DNA of 33,221 nt, taken from contig JWZX01002530.1 of the NCBI GenBank assembly GCA_001275005.1, positions 1 to 33,221 on the forward strand, in the 5' to 3' direction. The position numbers and the translations under genes were made by a program. Under the pieces are notes generated by a model that was not told where the DNA came from, made no database searches, and worked only from the letters and a program-made list of their open reading frames with translations. The DNA is from Chrysochromulina tobinii. Taxonomy: Eukaryota. Shown here in pieces: positions 10,143-20,296 of the stretch. Within the stretch, counting starts at the first letter, position 1. Each line of letters starts with the position of its first letter.

Positions 10143-11963
10143 ATGCCAAAGGCTGCCGCCCCGACCATCTTCTTCGCGAATCGAGTGCACCACCGTAATG
10201 AGGTGGAAGGGCTGGAAAAGGCGGCGGCCATGGCCGGCTGGCGCGTGACCAACAAGGCGGAAGCGGCCACTGCCATCTGGGACGTGCGAACATTGGCCGA
10301 CGTTACCACCACGGAGCCACTGCCGGGGCAGCTGATCAATTGGTGGCCGGGGATGTTGCACTGCTGCCGTAAGGGCCTGTTCGCCCACCTCATCTCTCGC
10401 CTCCGTGCTCTTCTCCCGCCCGGCTCGCTGCTCGATGACGGCAAGTTCATCCCACCCCAATGGGCGCTGCCTCGGCAAGTGAGCGAGCTGGCAGCGGCGG
10501 TCGAGATGCGCGCGGCCGAGGCAAAGAAGCGCGGCAAGCCGGCCCCCGTCTACATCGTCAAGCCCGATGCGGGCTCGCAGGGCGACGGCATCGTGCTCAC
10601 GTCCGACCCATGCAAGACGAGCTGGGACGCTTCCAAGGAGCGAGTCGTACAGCAGTACCTGGGCGCACCCTTGCTGCTCGACGGCCTCAAGTTTGACCTG
10701 CGCCTGTACGTGCTCGTGACGTCGACGTGCCCGCTGCGCGTCTTCTTGTTCCGCGAGGGCCTGGCAAGGTTTGCGGTCGACGCCTACGTCGAGCCCACCA
10801 GGGAGAACATGCGTAACGCCCATATGCATCTCACTAACTATTCGCTCAACAAAAAGTGCGAGAACTTCAAGCACTCCGACGCGGCCGATGGCGGCGACGA
10901 CGGCTCGAAGCGGACGGCGTCGTCGGTCTTTGCAGCGCTCAAGGCTTTGGGTCAGGTGGCGGACGTGGAGGCACTGTGGGAGAAGATTGGGGCGCTCGTG
11001 CGACGCTCGCTCACCGTGCTGCAGCCGGTCTTCACAACCAGCGCCACGCCACAGCCGTGCTTCCAGATCCTCGGGTTCGACGTGCTGCTCGACAGCAAGG
11101 TGCAGCCTTGGCTCCTCGAGATGAACGACCATCCGAGCATCCGGATCGATTTGAGCTTCGACGAGCCGGGGCAGTACTCGATGAATGGGCTCAATTCGAT
11201 CCCATCGCCCGTTGATGAGGCCATCAAGGTGCCCATGCTGGCGGCCGCGCTGCGCGTCGTAGCTCACGAGCGGGGTTTGCGTGCGCGGCGACGGCGCAAG
11301 AGGCAGGCTGCGGAGCCCCATTCCGAGGTTGACGACGCTCCGGATGAGCCGCCAGCTGCGGGCAAGCCCTCGCCGGGGCGCATTGCGGACGACGACACGG
11401 ACGACGCCATGGACGACGGCGCAGACGACGGCGCAGACGACGGTGCGGACGCCGGCGCAGACGCCGCCATGGACGACGTCGCGCGCTTCGCGTCGGGTGG
11501 CGCACAAGGAACAGGTTTCTATGAGCTTCCCATCGACGCGGAGGATGAGGAGGGCTTCGCCTTGATCTCGCGGCTGACCGCGCTCTTCGTCAGACACACC
11601 CCACCATCCGTGCGGCGGGAGGAGAGCGATCCGCGGGTCAGGTCGATGGCCTCGTCCGACCCGCTTGCCGTGCCAGGCCCGCGCTGGAAGGGCACCGCCC
11701 CGTTCGTCAGCTTTCTGCAGGCCGGCGGGCTCCTCCCCAAGGGATTTGGCGGCGGGCTCCTTCCGAAGGCTTCACTCTCCAGGCCGGATGTAGATATCAT
11801 TGTGCTCTCCGTCTGCGGCAAGGGCGGATCGATGGACGTCGTCGACTTTTCCGAAGCGTGCGCGAAGGTCGCGCGGCGCGTGTGGCCGGATCGCGCCGAC
11901 GCGCACCCGTCTGAGCTTCTGATCGCCTTCCTCGACACCTTCTTTCCGAGCGAGTGTGTATGA
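10143..11963 (+). CDS. TTLL11: Tubulin polyglutamylase, TTLL11-like
   Basis: YIVKPDAGSQGDGI, VVQQYL...LLDGLKFDLRLYVLV, HMHLTNYSLNK, FQILGFDVLLD, WLLEMNDHPS. C-terminal helical block (DVDII...FSEACAKVA) resembles the TTLL11 C-terminus. Start at 10143 preferred; the ORF is open from 10017. Confidence 0.85.
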   Translation: MPKAAAPTIFFANRVHHRNEVEGLEKAAAMAGWRVTNKAEAATAIWDVRTLADVTTTEPLPGQLINWWPGMLHCCRKGLFAHLISRLRALLPPGSLLDDGKFIPPQWALPRQVSELAAAVEMRAAEAKKRGKPAPVYIVKPDAGSQGDGIVLTSDPCKTSWDASKERVVQQYLGAPLLLDGLKFDLRLYVLVTSTCPLRVFLFREGLARFAVDAYVEPTRENMRNAHMHLTNYSLNKKCENFKHSDAADGGDDGSKRTASSVFAALKALGQVADVEALWEKIGALVRRSLTVLQPVFTTSATPQPCFQILGFDVLLDSKVQPWLLEMNDHPSIRIDLSFDEPGQYSMNGLNSIPSPVDEAIKVPMLAAALRVVAHERGLRARRRRKRQAAEPHSEVDDAPDEPPAAGKPSPGRIADDDTDDAMDDGADDGADDGADAGADAAMDDVARFASGGAQGTGFYELPIDAEDEEGFALISRLTALFVRHTPPSVRREESDPRVRSMASSDPLAVPGPRWKGTAPFVSFLQAGGLLPKGFGGGLLPKASLSRPDVDIIVLSVCGKGGSMDVVDFSEACAKVARRVWPDRADAHPSELLIAFLDTFFPSECV

Positions 11964-12566
11964 TACGGTACGGCTCGCGTCAGAGCCGCTGACTAAAGCC
12001 TCAGGGTATCTGAAATAGATCCGGGCTTGAAGCATAACGCTGATTGTGATTCGAGATTGAATTTGAAACCACGAAGCCGCTTAAGCCCATAACCACACGA
12101 CAGGACATACGCAGTTGGAGTCGTGCGGGTCGCTTACGCCCGCGCCGTATCAAAAATAGCGGATGGTGTGTAGGAGAGCCAGACATGATGGAGCCAGAGC
12201 GTCCGACCGGACCCCGATCGTCGGACGGCTCGGACGCGCGCACGCCCGGCGCATGGCCCGGCGTGACCGCACGGGCACGGTGTAACTTAGACTTCAATTT
12301 TCTGTACTCGACTCTACATGATTGTACGTCTCCGCGAGCGGAGAGGCTTCCGCTAGTCACGCGCCAACTCTGCCAACTGCAACTCTCACGCAGACGAGCC
12401 CGCGTCTGCGTCTCATGCCCCTCGCTCTCCACGCAACACGGCTCCACGCCTCTCTGCGTCGCTCACTGGTCACCGCCCTCTGCGACGCTGCCAAACTCTC
12501 AAGGCGGAGCAGGTGTCTCTTCCAGCAAGTGCCGCCCTCTCGGCTTGTGCTGTGGCGCTAATACGC

Positions 12567-14138
12567 CTACGGGCGGGCTGCTGGACCAGCTGGGCGGCAC
12601 CGCTGCGCCTCCTGCCACGTGCGGATCTGCCTACGCACAGTGTGATTGGGGAAGAGCATCTTGACCTCGAGCTCGGCGCCCGTCATCGGGCTGGTCGAGT
12701 GGCCGACGAGCCAGTCCTCGATCGCACGCCGCTCGTACATGTGGCCGTCCGCAGCCGAGACCGGGTCGATCATGAGGTTGTGCGTGATGGGGCAGATGAA
12801 GTCGTCGGGCGGCTCCTCCGCCGCTGCGGCCTCCGTTGCAGCGTGCGCCTTTGCTGCTGACGCATTAGCCTCTTGCTCCGCCTGATTGCGAGCGTGCTCT
12901 TCTGCCTCCGCCTGGGCGGCCTTGGCCTCCGCCTCCGCTCGTGCCGCGGCCCTCGCCTTTGCCTCAGCCTCAGCGGCGGTCATTGCCGTTGCCTCGGCCT
13001 GTACCTGCGCCTTCGTCTTGGCCCCCGCTACTGCCGCAGCTTTCACCACAGCGCTGGCGTGCTCCACGCTGGCGTTGGCTGACGCCTCTGTAGGAGCGCC
13101 AGCCTTCTTCTTGGCCTTGATCTTGCCCTTCTTGCTCCGCGCTTTCTCAGCCTCGCTCTCTTCTTCAGCCAGCAGCGCTGCCATTGCCGCATCCGCGCGC
13201 GCTGCCGCGGCCGCCAGCGCAGCAGCGTCCTCGACCTGAGCCGAAGCGTTCTCGGATGCACCTTTGCGCGCTTTGGTCACACGCGGCCGCTGCGCCTCGG
13301 CCTCGAGCTTTGGTCTGCCTTGCGTGACGTTGTGCATTCGAGCGAGGTAGCTCTGTGCGTCAGCATCTCCTTGCGCGGCCGCGAGGCCAAGCAGCCGCCG
13401 CGCCTCAACCGCATCCTTGGGTCCGCCACGCCCTTCGTAGAGCATGCGAGCGAGACCGCACTGCGCGTCAGCAACCCCCTGCGCGGCCGCGAGGCCATAC
13501 AGCCGCCGCGCCTCCACCTCATCCTTGGGTCCGCCACGCCCTTCGTAGAGCCCGTGAGCGAGGCAGCTCTGCGCACCAGCGTGCCCCTGCGCGGCCGCGA
13601 GGCCATACAGCCGCCGCGCCTCCACCTTGTCCTTAGGTCCGCCGAGTCCTAAGACGAGCATGCTAGCGAGGCGGCACTGCGCGTCAGCGAGCCCCTGCGC
13701 GGTTGCGAGGCCATACAGCCGCCGCGCCTCCGCATCATCCTTGGGTCCGCCACGCCCTTTGTAGAACATGTTAGCGAGGCGGCACTGCGCATCAGCGTGC
13801 CCCTGCGCGGCCGCGAGGCCAAGCAGCCGCCGCGCCTCCACTTCGTCCTTGGGTCCACCGAGCCCAGAGCCGAGCATGTCAGCGAGGCGGTACTGCGCAT
13901 CAGCGTGCCCCTGAGCGGCTGCGAGGCAAAACAGCCGCCGCGCCTCCACCTCGTCGTTGGGTCCGCCGTATCCTTTGTTGATTTGTTTGTAGAGCATGAA
14001 CGCGAGGGAGAACTGCGCATCAGCATGCCCTTGCGCGTCCGCGAGGCCAAACAGCCGCCTCGCCTCTGCCTCGTCCATCGGTCCGTCGTGCCTAGACACG
14101 AACAATCGCACTTTTTGAGATACAGAGATTGCATGCAT
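12567..14138 (-). CDS. SEL1-repeat protein with Ala-rich coiled coil and C-terminal U-box (E3 ubiquitin ligase)
   Basis: About 7 SEL1 repeats (36 aa/108 bp: EARRLxGLAAAQGHADAQxxLAxML..GxGGPKD); U-box PDDFICPITHNLMIDPVSAADGHMYERRAIEDWL...SPMTG...LFPNHTVR. Start at 14138 or 14078. Confidence 0.92.
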   Translation of the reverse strand: MHAISVSQKVRLFVSRHDGPMDEAEARRLFGLADAQGHADAQFSLAFMLYKQINKGYGGPNDEVEARRLFCLAAAQGHADAQYRLADMLGSGLGGPKDEVEARRLLGLAAAQGHADAQCRLANMFYKGRGGPKDDAEARRLYGLATAQGLADAQCRLASMLVLGLGGPKDKVEARRLYGLAAAQGHAGAQSCLAHGLYEGRGGPKDEVEARRLYGLAAAQGVADAQCGLARMLYEGRGGPKDAVEARRLLGLAAAQGDADAQSYLARMHNVTQGRPKLEAEAQRPRVTKARKGASENASAQVEDAAALAAAAARADAAMAALLAEEESEAEKARSKKGKIKAKKKAGAPTEASANASVEHASAVVKAAAVAGAKTKAQVQAEATAMTAAEAEAKARAAARAEAEAKAAQAEAEEHARNQAEQEANASAAKAHAATEAAAAEEPPDDFICPITHNLMIDPVSAADGHMYERRAIEDWLVGHSTSPMTGAELEVKMLFPNHTVRRQIRTWQEAQRCRPAGPAARP

Positions 14139-14265
14139 TCTCGTCGCAAACTTGTAAAGGCGCGACCATGACACATTGTATCTTCATATTCGGATTCCGA
14201 ATCGGTTCCCGAAAAAAGAAGGAACCCGAGTCCCGAACCAGCGTAACAGCCTGTTCACACGATTC

Positions 14266-16701
14266 ATGCGCGACGACCCTCGCGGCGCTCGCTTCGTCGG
14301 CCTGGGCCTGACCGAGCTTCCGCGATCTACCTTCGAGGCACCGATCACATCTCTACAATTGGCTGGCAATGCGTTTCAGGTCCTGCCGCCGCAGCTTGCG
14401 GCGTGTCCAAGCCTTACCGATCTCGGCTTGGACTCCAACGAGCTGCGTGGTCTGCACCCGGAGACGCTGTCTTGCCTGTCTTCGCTGCGAGCGCTGTCGC
14501 TCACCGGCAATCAGCTCACCGAGGTGCCTCCGGAGATTGGCAAGCTCGGGGCACTCGCGCTCGGCGGAAACGAGATTTCCGAGCTGCCACGTGAAATAGG
14601 CAACTGCTCCTCGCTGCGCACGCTGACGTTGTCGGAGAACGCGCTCACGGCGCTGCCTAGTGAGCTGGGCCGGCTCCAGATGTTGCGCACGCTGCGCCTG
14701 GACGGCAACCCGTCGCTCACGTGCCTGCCCGACTCGCTCTGTGACCTTCGAGCCCTCGAGGCCCTCTCCGTATGTGCATGTGGGCTGCGCGATCTGCCGG
14801 GCAGATTGGGAGAGATGAGCGCGCTCTCGACGCTCTTGGCGAATGATGACCGCCTCGAGGGCCTGCCGACCAGCATAGGTGGTCTGCAGCGCCTCCGCAC
14901 TCTCGGCCTCTCTGGCAACCGGCTCCGCACGCTGCCAACCGCTCTCGGCGCGTGCGCCGCGCTACGCACGCTCTCCCTCAGTGCGAATCGTTTGAAGGAG
15001 CTGCCGGCGGAACTGCGCGGGCTCTACAGGCTTGAAGAGCTGCTTCTTGACGACAACCCTTTGGACGCCTTGCCAGCCGAGCTGCCGCCGGCGCTGCGCG
15101 TGCTAGGCGTGAGCGTGTGCACGGGCGTCCGTGTGCTGCCAGTGTCTCTCGGAAGCCTTTCGCAGCTGACCCAACTGGCGATAGGAGCGGCTCGGTTGGA
15201 GGCTCTGCCTGCGTCCACGACCCTGCTCGTTCGTCTCCAGACCCTCATCCTGAGCGGCAACCTCCTCCGTACGCTCCCGCCGAACCTCGGCGCCCTCGCG
15301 TCCCTCGCGACCCTCGATGTGTCCGATAACCGGCTCGAGAAGCTGCCAGAGTCGATTTGTTCCTTGGGCGTGCTCACGACGCTTCGGGCGGCGGAGAATG
15401 GCCTCGAGGCACTCCCGGAGCTCGTGGGCGATCTCAGGTCACTGCAGGTGCTCAGCATCGCCGCCAACCGACTCCGACGCCTCCCCGACTCGATCGGCAA
15501 CCTCACGTCGCTGCAGTTCCTCGATGTGTCTTCGAACCGGCTCGAGGAGCTGCCGGCGACGATGGGGAGCCGTTGGAGCGAGCTTCGTCAACTCTTCCTC
15601 GATGACAATGAGCTCTCTTCGCTCCCTGCCTCGCTCGGCGAGCTGCGTGCGTGTGAGGAGCTCGGCCTCGCCGTCAATTCCCTAACGGAACTGCCAACGT
15701 GGCTGCTCGAGGGCTCGCTGACGAAACTCCGAACGCTGCGGCTGCACTCCAACCTGCTGCCGCATCCGCCAGCGCCACAGGATTGGAGTGCGCTGTCCAT
15801 CGCCGCCAATCGCCTCACGCTCTTTGACAACCCGCGGTGTGCGACACTTCCGAGACACTTCCGAGACACTTCCGAGACACTTCCGTGCGGCCATCAGGCC
15901 GTGGGAGGAATTGGCATGCCGCTGCCACCTCGTGCGGAGAAGAGCAGCCACTTCCGAGACACTTCCGAGACACTTCCGAGACACTTCCGTGCGGAGAAGA
16001 GCAGCCCACGGGTATGCCCAACGCAACGCCCAAGTATCGCCCTTCTCCTGCCCGGCCTTCTACGCAACTATGCTCACGGCGCGCACTGGAGACGCTTCGT
16101 CAGCGCGCTCTCCGCCGCGTACGAGGTGCAGGTCTACATGTGCCTCTGGGCCATCCGAGGCTCGCCAGCCAACCACTTTGCCCAGAGCGCCGACAAGGAG
16201 CACGCGGCGAGGGTGGACCTTGCGGCTCTCGCGGCGGCCTACCCGTCCGCAGCCGCCGTGGAGCTCGTGGAGCTCGAGCATTGGATCGACCGGGACCGCG
16301 AGGGCCACGACGGGCGGTTCGCCAACCAATGGGCGATGGTCGCGCGCTGCTGGGCGCTGATGGAGCGCTCGGTACAGCGCTCGATCGAGCCCGCTGCGTG
16401 CCCAACGTATGTCATCCGAGCTCGGCCAGATTTGCGAGTGGCATGCCTACCGCTGCCACTCGAGCAGCCGTCACCGTACCTCGCCATCCAGGAGCGCCTG
16501 TGGGGCAGCGACTGCTTCTTCTACGGCGACTACGAGAGCATGCGCACCATCTGCACGGAGCTTGCCCCGCACTACGACGAGTACACCCACGCGCTCGGCC
16601 ATGCGTCGAGCGAACCGATGCTCCAACACCACATCGACCGACACGGTCTCGCGGAGCGCATGCTACGGTTCGCCAGGTGCGTCAGCATCGACCGGACGTA
16701 A
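14266..16701 (+). CDS. Leucine-rich repeat protein with C-terminal glycosyltransferase-like domain; probable in-frame intron 15837-16004
   Basis: Roughly 20 LxxLxLxxNxLxxLP repeats (~14300-15830). C-terminal domain IALLLPGLLRNY...QWAMVARCW...YVIRARPDL...SDCFFYG...SEPML. A 168-nt GT...AG segment contains the intervening repeats. Confidence 0.85.
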   Translation: MRDDPRGARFVGLGLTELPRSTFEAPITSLQLAGNAFQVLPPQLAACPSLTDLGLDSNELRGLHPETLSCLSSLRALSLTGNQLTEVPPEIGKLGALALGGNEISELPREIGNCSSLRTLTLSENALTALPSELGRLQMLRTLRLDGNPSLTCLPDSLCDLRALEALSVCACGLRDLPGRLGEMSALSTLLANDDRLEGLPTSIGGLQRLRTLGLSGNRLRTLPTALGACAALRTLSLSANRLKELPAELRGLYRLEELLLDDNPLDALPAELPPALRVLGVSVCTGVRVLPVSLGSLSQLTQLAIGAARLEALPASTTLLVRLQTLILSGNLLRTLPPNLGALASLATLDVSDNRLEKLPESICSLGVLTTLRAAENGLEALPELVGDLRSLQVLSIAANRLRRLPDSIGNLTSLQFLDVSSNRLEELPATMGSRWSELRQLFLDDNELSSLPASLGELRACEELGLAVNSLTELPTWLLEGSLTKLRTLRLHSNLLPHPPAPQDWSALSIAANRLTLFDNPRCATLPRHFRDTSETLPCGHQAVGGIGMPLPPRAEKSSHFRDTSETLPRHFRAEKSSPRVCPTQRPSIALLLPGLLRNYAHGAHWRRFVSALSAAYEVQVYMCLWAIRGSPANHFAQSADKEHAARVDLAALAAAYPSAAAVELVELEHWIDRDREGHDGRFANQWAMVARCWALMERSVQRSIEPAACPTYVIRARPDLRVACLPLPLEQPSPYLAIQERLWGSDCFFYGDYESMRTICTELAPHYDEYTHALGHASSEPMLQHHIDRHGLAERMLRFARCVSIDRT
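15842..15990 (+). repeat. 11-bp tandem repeat (GACACTTCCGA)n in two blocks, probably intronic
   Basis: About 4 units at 15842-15885 and about 4 at 15949-15989. The second block is flanked by the direct repeat CGTGCGGAGAAGAGCAGCC (15931 and 15988). Confidence 0.9.
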
Positions 16702-16961
16702 ACACGTAATGCGCGACCTTCCAGATGTGAATTTAGGATGGCTGTGATAAGCATAAGAGGGTCCAGGGGTCCCCGAGCTAGTGGTAACCGCATCCGTATG
16801 TACGCCGGTCCGGTGACCTGGGCAATTATAACCATTGGCTGTGAATTCAGGTTCGTCAATACTAACAACTTGCTCGTTTCCGCAAACCGCGGAATCCCGA
16901 AAACTATCCCGAAGAATAAAATTCGCGTGAAGAGTGTGGTGACCTCCTCGCGGGCTTCTTC

Positions 16962-18122
16962 ATGCTAGGCTGCGGCGCTACAAGAGCGCCGAGCAGCAAG
17001 GTGCATATCGGCTCCGAGGACGACGACGCCACCGACGGGTGCGGCAGCGCCATCGGCTGCGGCAAACATCATGGCACGAGTGCTGCCAGCGCCGACGAGC
17101 GGCTCTTCAGCGTGGGTGCTCTGGAGGCTAGAAGCGAGAGCATGTGCGCTCAAATCGCCGCGTCGAACGGCATAATGTTGGAGTGCCGGCCGATGCTGTG
17201 GCCGGCACTCGTGGGCCTCGAGCCTTGGGCCGACGACAACCTCATCATCTCTGACGACGACGACGCATGTGAGGCAGAGTACGCCTTGCTGGCCTCCCAG
17301 GTGGACACTGTTGATCCCTCGCTGGTCCGAACGATTGACGCCGATATCCCGCGGACGGACATGAGCGGCGAGCGGCGGGTCTCCCTGCGTGCGCTGCTGC
17401 TCGCCCATTGCGTGCTCGAGCCGGCCTGGGGCTACTTCCAAGGTATGAATGAGGTGGGGTGCGTTCTACTTGAGGCGTGCGAGGGCGGCGGTGGCACGGG
17501 CGGCCTTGGCCGTAAGTTTTGGCTGTTCCGTGGCGTGCTGGCGCACTCGTCCGATAACTGGGCTCGCTCTGACCTGGGCGGCGTGTGGCGTCAGGCGCGC
17601 GCCGTGCAGCACATCCTCGATCTCGTCGACAAGCCCCTGGCTGCCAAGCTGCGCGCGGTCGAGGGCGCGAGTGGGGGCCCCGTCCACGAGCAGCCGCTCA
17701 CCTTCCTCTTTGGGCCGATCTTTCTGCGGCTCAAGCGCGAGATGGCTGACCTTGAGCAGTGCATGCGCCTGTGGGAGGTGTGCTGGGCGTCTGGTCGTTA
17801 CTTCCACGTCCTCGTGATCGCTGCGTTCGTGTGCATGCAACGCAAGGCCATCCTGCGCCTACTCTCGCACCGAGGGATCGCCGAGCTGCACCGCCTCTTT
17901 GGGTTACTGCACGGCTCGCAGCGTGCCGCACCACTGCTCGAGGCGGCGCGCAAGCTGCAGCAGCGCTTGGGCGTGACGCAGGCGCTCGAGCAGATCATGA
18001 CGGCAGAGATTGTGTCAAGGCCCGATCATCGGCATGCGGAGCCTCGCGGCAGCGGCGACATAATCCCGACCCCCTCAGCCACCAGCAGTAAATTCTCTGG
18101 CCGTGGACCACTTTCCGCGTGA
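16962..18122 (+). CDS. TBC-domain Rab GTPase-activating protein (GYP7/TBC1D15-like)
   Basis: Arginine finger IDADIPRTD, glutamine finger GYFQGMNE, and LRLKRE...MRLWEVCW. Confidence 0.88.
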   Translation: MLGCGATRAPSSKVHIGSEDDDATDGCGSAIGCGKHHGTSAASADERLFSVGALEARSESMCAQIAASNGIMLECRPMLWPALVGLEPWADDNLIISDDDDACEAEYALLASQVDTVDPSLVRTIDADIPRTDMSGERRVSLRALLLAHCVLEPAWGYFQGMNEVGCVLLEACEGGGGTGGLGRKFWLFRGVLAHSSDNWARSDLGGVWRQARAVQHILDLVDKPLAAKLRAVEGASGGPVHEQPLTFLFGPIFLRLKREMADLEQCMRLWEVCWASGRYFHVLVIAAFVCMQRKAILRLLSHRGIAELHRLFGLLHGSQRAAPLLEAARKLQQRLGVTQALEQIMTAEIVSRPDHRHAEPRGSGDIIPTPSATSSKFSGRGPLSA

Positions 18123-18697
18123 CAGGGAGCTATGTGATGCGTCAGGCATCATTTCCGAGACGGCACCGCGGGATCAAATCTCAATGCAAATCTCGAGTCT
18201 CGTTTGTTTCCCCCTTCGCCTATTCGAGGCGCTCGCTAGCGCCTAGCCCGGCCTCAGCTGTAGGAAAACGCATATGGCATAACCGAATCCCAGTGGCAAT
18301 GCGCAACGGCAACCTTGGTGAACATGGATAGAACATGGAAGAAAGCCCCCGCGAAGGAAGCCCTGTGCGCTGCGTGGCGTGGGCCCGGACGGCCGCCCGC
18401 GGCCGCCCCCCCCCCGGCCTGGACGTGGATCACGCCAGAATTCAATCGATTAGACACTCAAAAAAATTTTCCATCGTCGGTCCAAAGTCAACCCTTTCTA
18501 CTATACGTACCGAACACTCTACTGTAATGTACCTGCAGCGACCGAGCGATCCGCCCCGGGGCCGCGCCGCTCGCGCACCTTTTTGTGCTGTGAGCCTGTG
18601 ACCTTTTCGCTAACTGATCTCTCTCTACTCTCATCGTCCGCATCTCCGCCTGCTCGGTCAGCCGAAGCCCGCGGGCGTCGCCCTTACCCTGGCTCGA

Positions 18698-20236
18698 TCA
18701 CCTCAGCCGATCAGGGCGTGCGCCCGTTGCTAAGTCGGGCCGCTGCGCCAGCCGCGCGCGCTCATCGAGCCTGCGGATCTGGTCGTCTAGGGCACCGGCG
18801 AGCTGCGTGTGCGACTTGCTATGACCCGAGAGGGCCTGTCGCACGCGGTCGGCGGAGGCACTCTTGGTGGCGATGTCGGCCTCGACGAGGTGCAGCTCGC
18901 GCTGCATGGCGCCGATGTCCTGCTGAAGCCCGAGACGGCGCCTGAACGCTGTCTCAAGTCCACGCATCACATCGTCATAGAAGCCCAAGTCGGCGCGTTC
19001 CGGATTCGTGAGAGCGCCGCCGCCGTGTTGAGCGCCGCCGCCGCCGCCAGCACTCACCCCCTGGCGAAAGGAGGAGGGCTCGAAGGCAAGGCCGACCGCG
19101 CCGGCGGACAGTGCATCCGCGCCCAACCCTCCGCGTGACGCAGGTCGCTCGAGCGACGCACTGAGCGAGGCAGCAGCGCCGGCGCCGCCACCGGCGAGGC
19201 CACGCTCACGCTCGCGGTAGAGGCGGCCCGCGTCACGGAATTGGAAGCCGCCGCCGACCACGAGACGCTGCTGGCGCTCCGCCGCCGTCTCTGGCGCTGG
19301 CTCGTGTGGCACAAGCTTTCGAAGGAAGTAGCGCGCGAAATCGGCGCGGTTGAGCGCTCCCGAGCCGTCAGCATCGATGGCGTGGACAACGTCCAAAAAG
19401 GCGGCCGGGTCGGCGAAGGGGCCCATCGAGAGCATCTCCTGCACCTGCGGCTTCTCCTTCATGCCAGTGAGCACGTCCACCTTCGATAGCTGCCCGTTGC
19501 CGCTGACGTCAAGGAGATCAAATGCGAGATTGACGAGAATCTTGAGCGCCTCCGTGTCCACGTCGCCGCGCACCGAGCGACGGATGGCCTCGTCGACCTC
19601 GGCCTCGGTCTTGCCCGCGACAGGAACGCCGAGCGACTGGGCGATGCGCTCCTTGTGCTTCAGCTGCGTCGACCTGAGGCTGTCGCTGCCGCCGCCGCGC
19701 ATCTCCCGCTGCTGCGCCCACCCGACGCTGGCGGCGCTGGCGCCAGCACCGCCGCTGACAACCCCGCTCGAGGCGGCCGCGAGCGGGCCAGCACGTTGCG
19801 GAGGCAACACAGTAGTATGAAGCGGTGGTGCCTCGCGCGCCTGGAAGCGCCGAACCGCGTCAAGGTTGTTGCGTGCGGCCGTGATCTCGAGCAAGGTGCG
19901 CGATGACGGCGTGTGCCGCTGCACCAGCTCCTTGATGCGCACGACGCGCTCGAAGCCCGCAGCGGCCTCTTCGAGACGATGCTGCTTGAGGTGCAGCACC
20001 GCGAGATTGTTCAAAGCGCACGCCAGCTGCGGATGTTCTGCGTCGTCCGAGTAAATTGCCTCGCGCTGCTTCAGAGCGGCCATCAGGTCACGCTCGGCCT
20101 CAGCGAGCTCTCCGAGGCGCATATGCTCGATGCCGTCGGTCTCCAGCTTGTTGACCGCGATTCTGCCCGGAGGCAGCGGCGCCGATGGCGGCGGCAGCTG
20201 GTTGGAGTACGCCGATCGGTTCGATCGACCGTCCAT
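18698..20236 (-). CDS. TPR + EF-hand pair + C-terminal coiled-coil protein
   Basis: Kinesin-light-chain-type TPR (HPQLACALNNLAVLHLKQHRLEEA); EF loops DVSGNGQLSKVD and DADGSGALNRAD; heptad-rich C-terminus. Confidence 0.8.
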   Translation of the reverse strand: MDGRSNRSAYSNQLPPPSAPLPPGRIAVNKLETDGIEHMRLGELAEAERDLMAALKQREAIYSDDAEHPQLACALNNLAVLHLKQHRLEEAAAGFERVVRIKELVQRHTPSSRTLLEITAARNNLDAVRRFQAREAPPLHTTVLPPQRAGPLAAASSGVVSGGAGASAASVGWAQQREMRGGGSDSLRSTQLKHKERIAQSLGVPVAGKTEAEVDEAIRRSVRGDVDTEALKILVNLAFDLLDVSGNGQLSKVDVLTGMKEKPQVQEMLSMGPFADPAAFLDVVHAIDADGSGALNRADFARYFLRKLVPHEPAPETAAERQQRLVVGGGFQFRDAGRLYRERERGLAGGGAGAAASLSASLERPASRGGLGADALSAGAVGLAFEPSSFRQGVSAGGGGGAQHGGGALTNPERADLGFYDDVMRGLETAFRRRLGLQQDIGAMQRELHLVEADIATKSASADRVRQALSGHSKSHTQLAGALDDQIRRLDERARLAQRPDLATGARPDRLR

Positions 20237-20252
20237 TTGTCTAACCGCCTCG

Positions 20253-20296
20253 AGTCAAGTCAAGTCAAGTCAAGTCAAGTCAAGTCAAGTCAAGTC
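20253..20296. repeat. (AGTCA)n pentanucleotide microsatellite just upstream of the TPR/EF-hand start codon
   Basis: About 9 perfect units, ending 16 nt before the minus-strand ATG at 20236. Confidence 0.95.

Noticed and set aside
10005..11597. 530-aa minus-strand ORF
   Set aside because: Antisense shadow of the TTLL gene; long shadow ORFs are expected at this GC3 bias and it has no recognisable motifs.
15842..15990. Possible CRISPR-like array
   Set aside because: Contiguous 11-bp tandem units without unique spacers, in a eukaryotic context with no cas genes.
20253..20296. TCAAG repeat resembling the 3' end of the dinoflagellate spliced leader
   Set aside because: Only a 5-mer matches, it is antisense to the adjacent gene, and it is a simple microsatellite.
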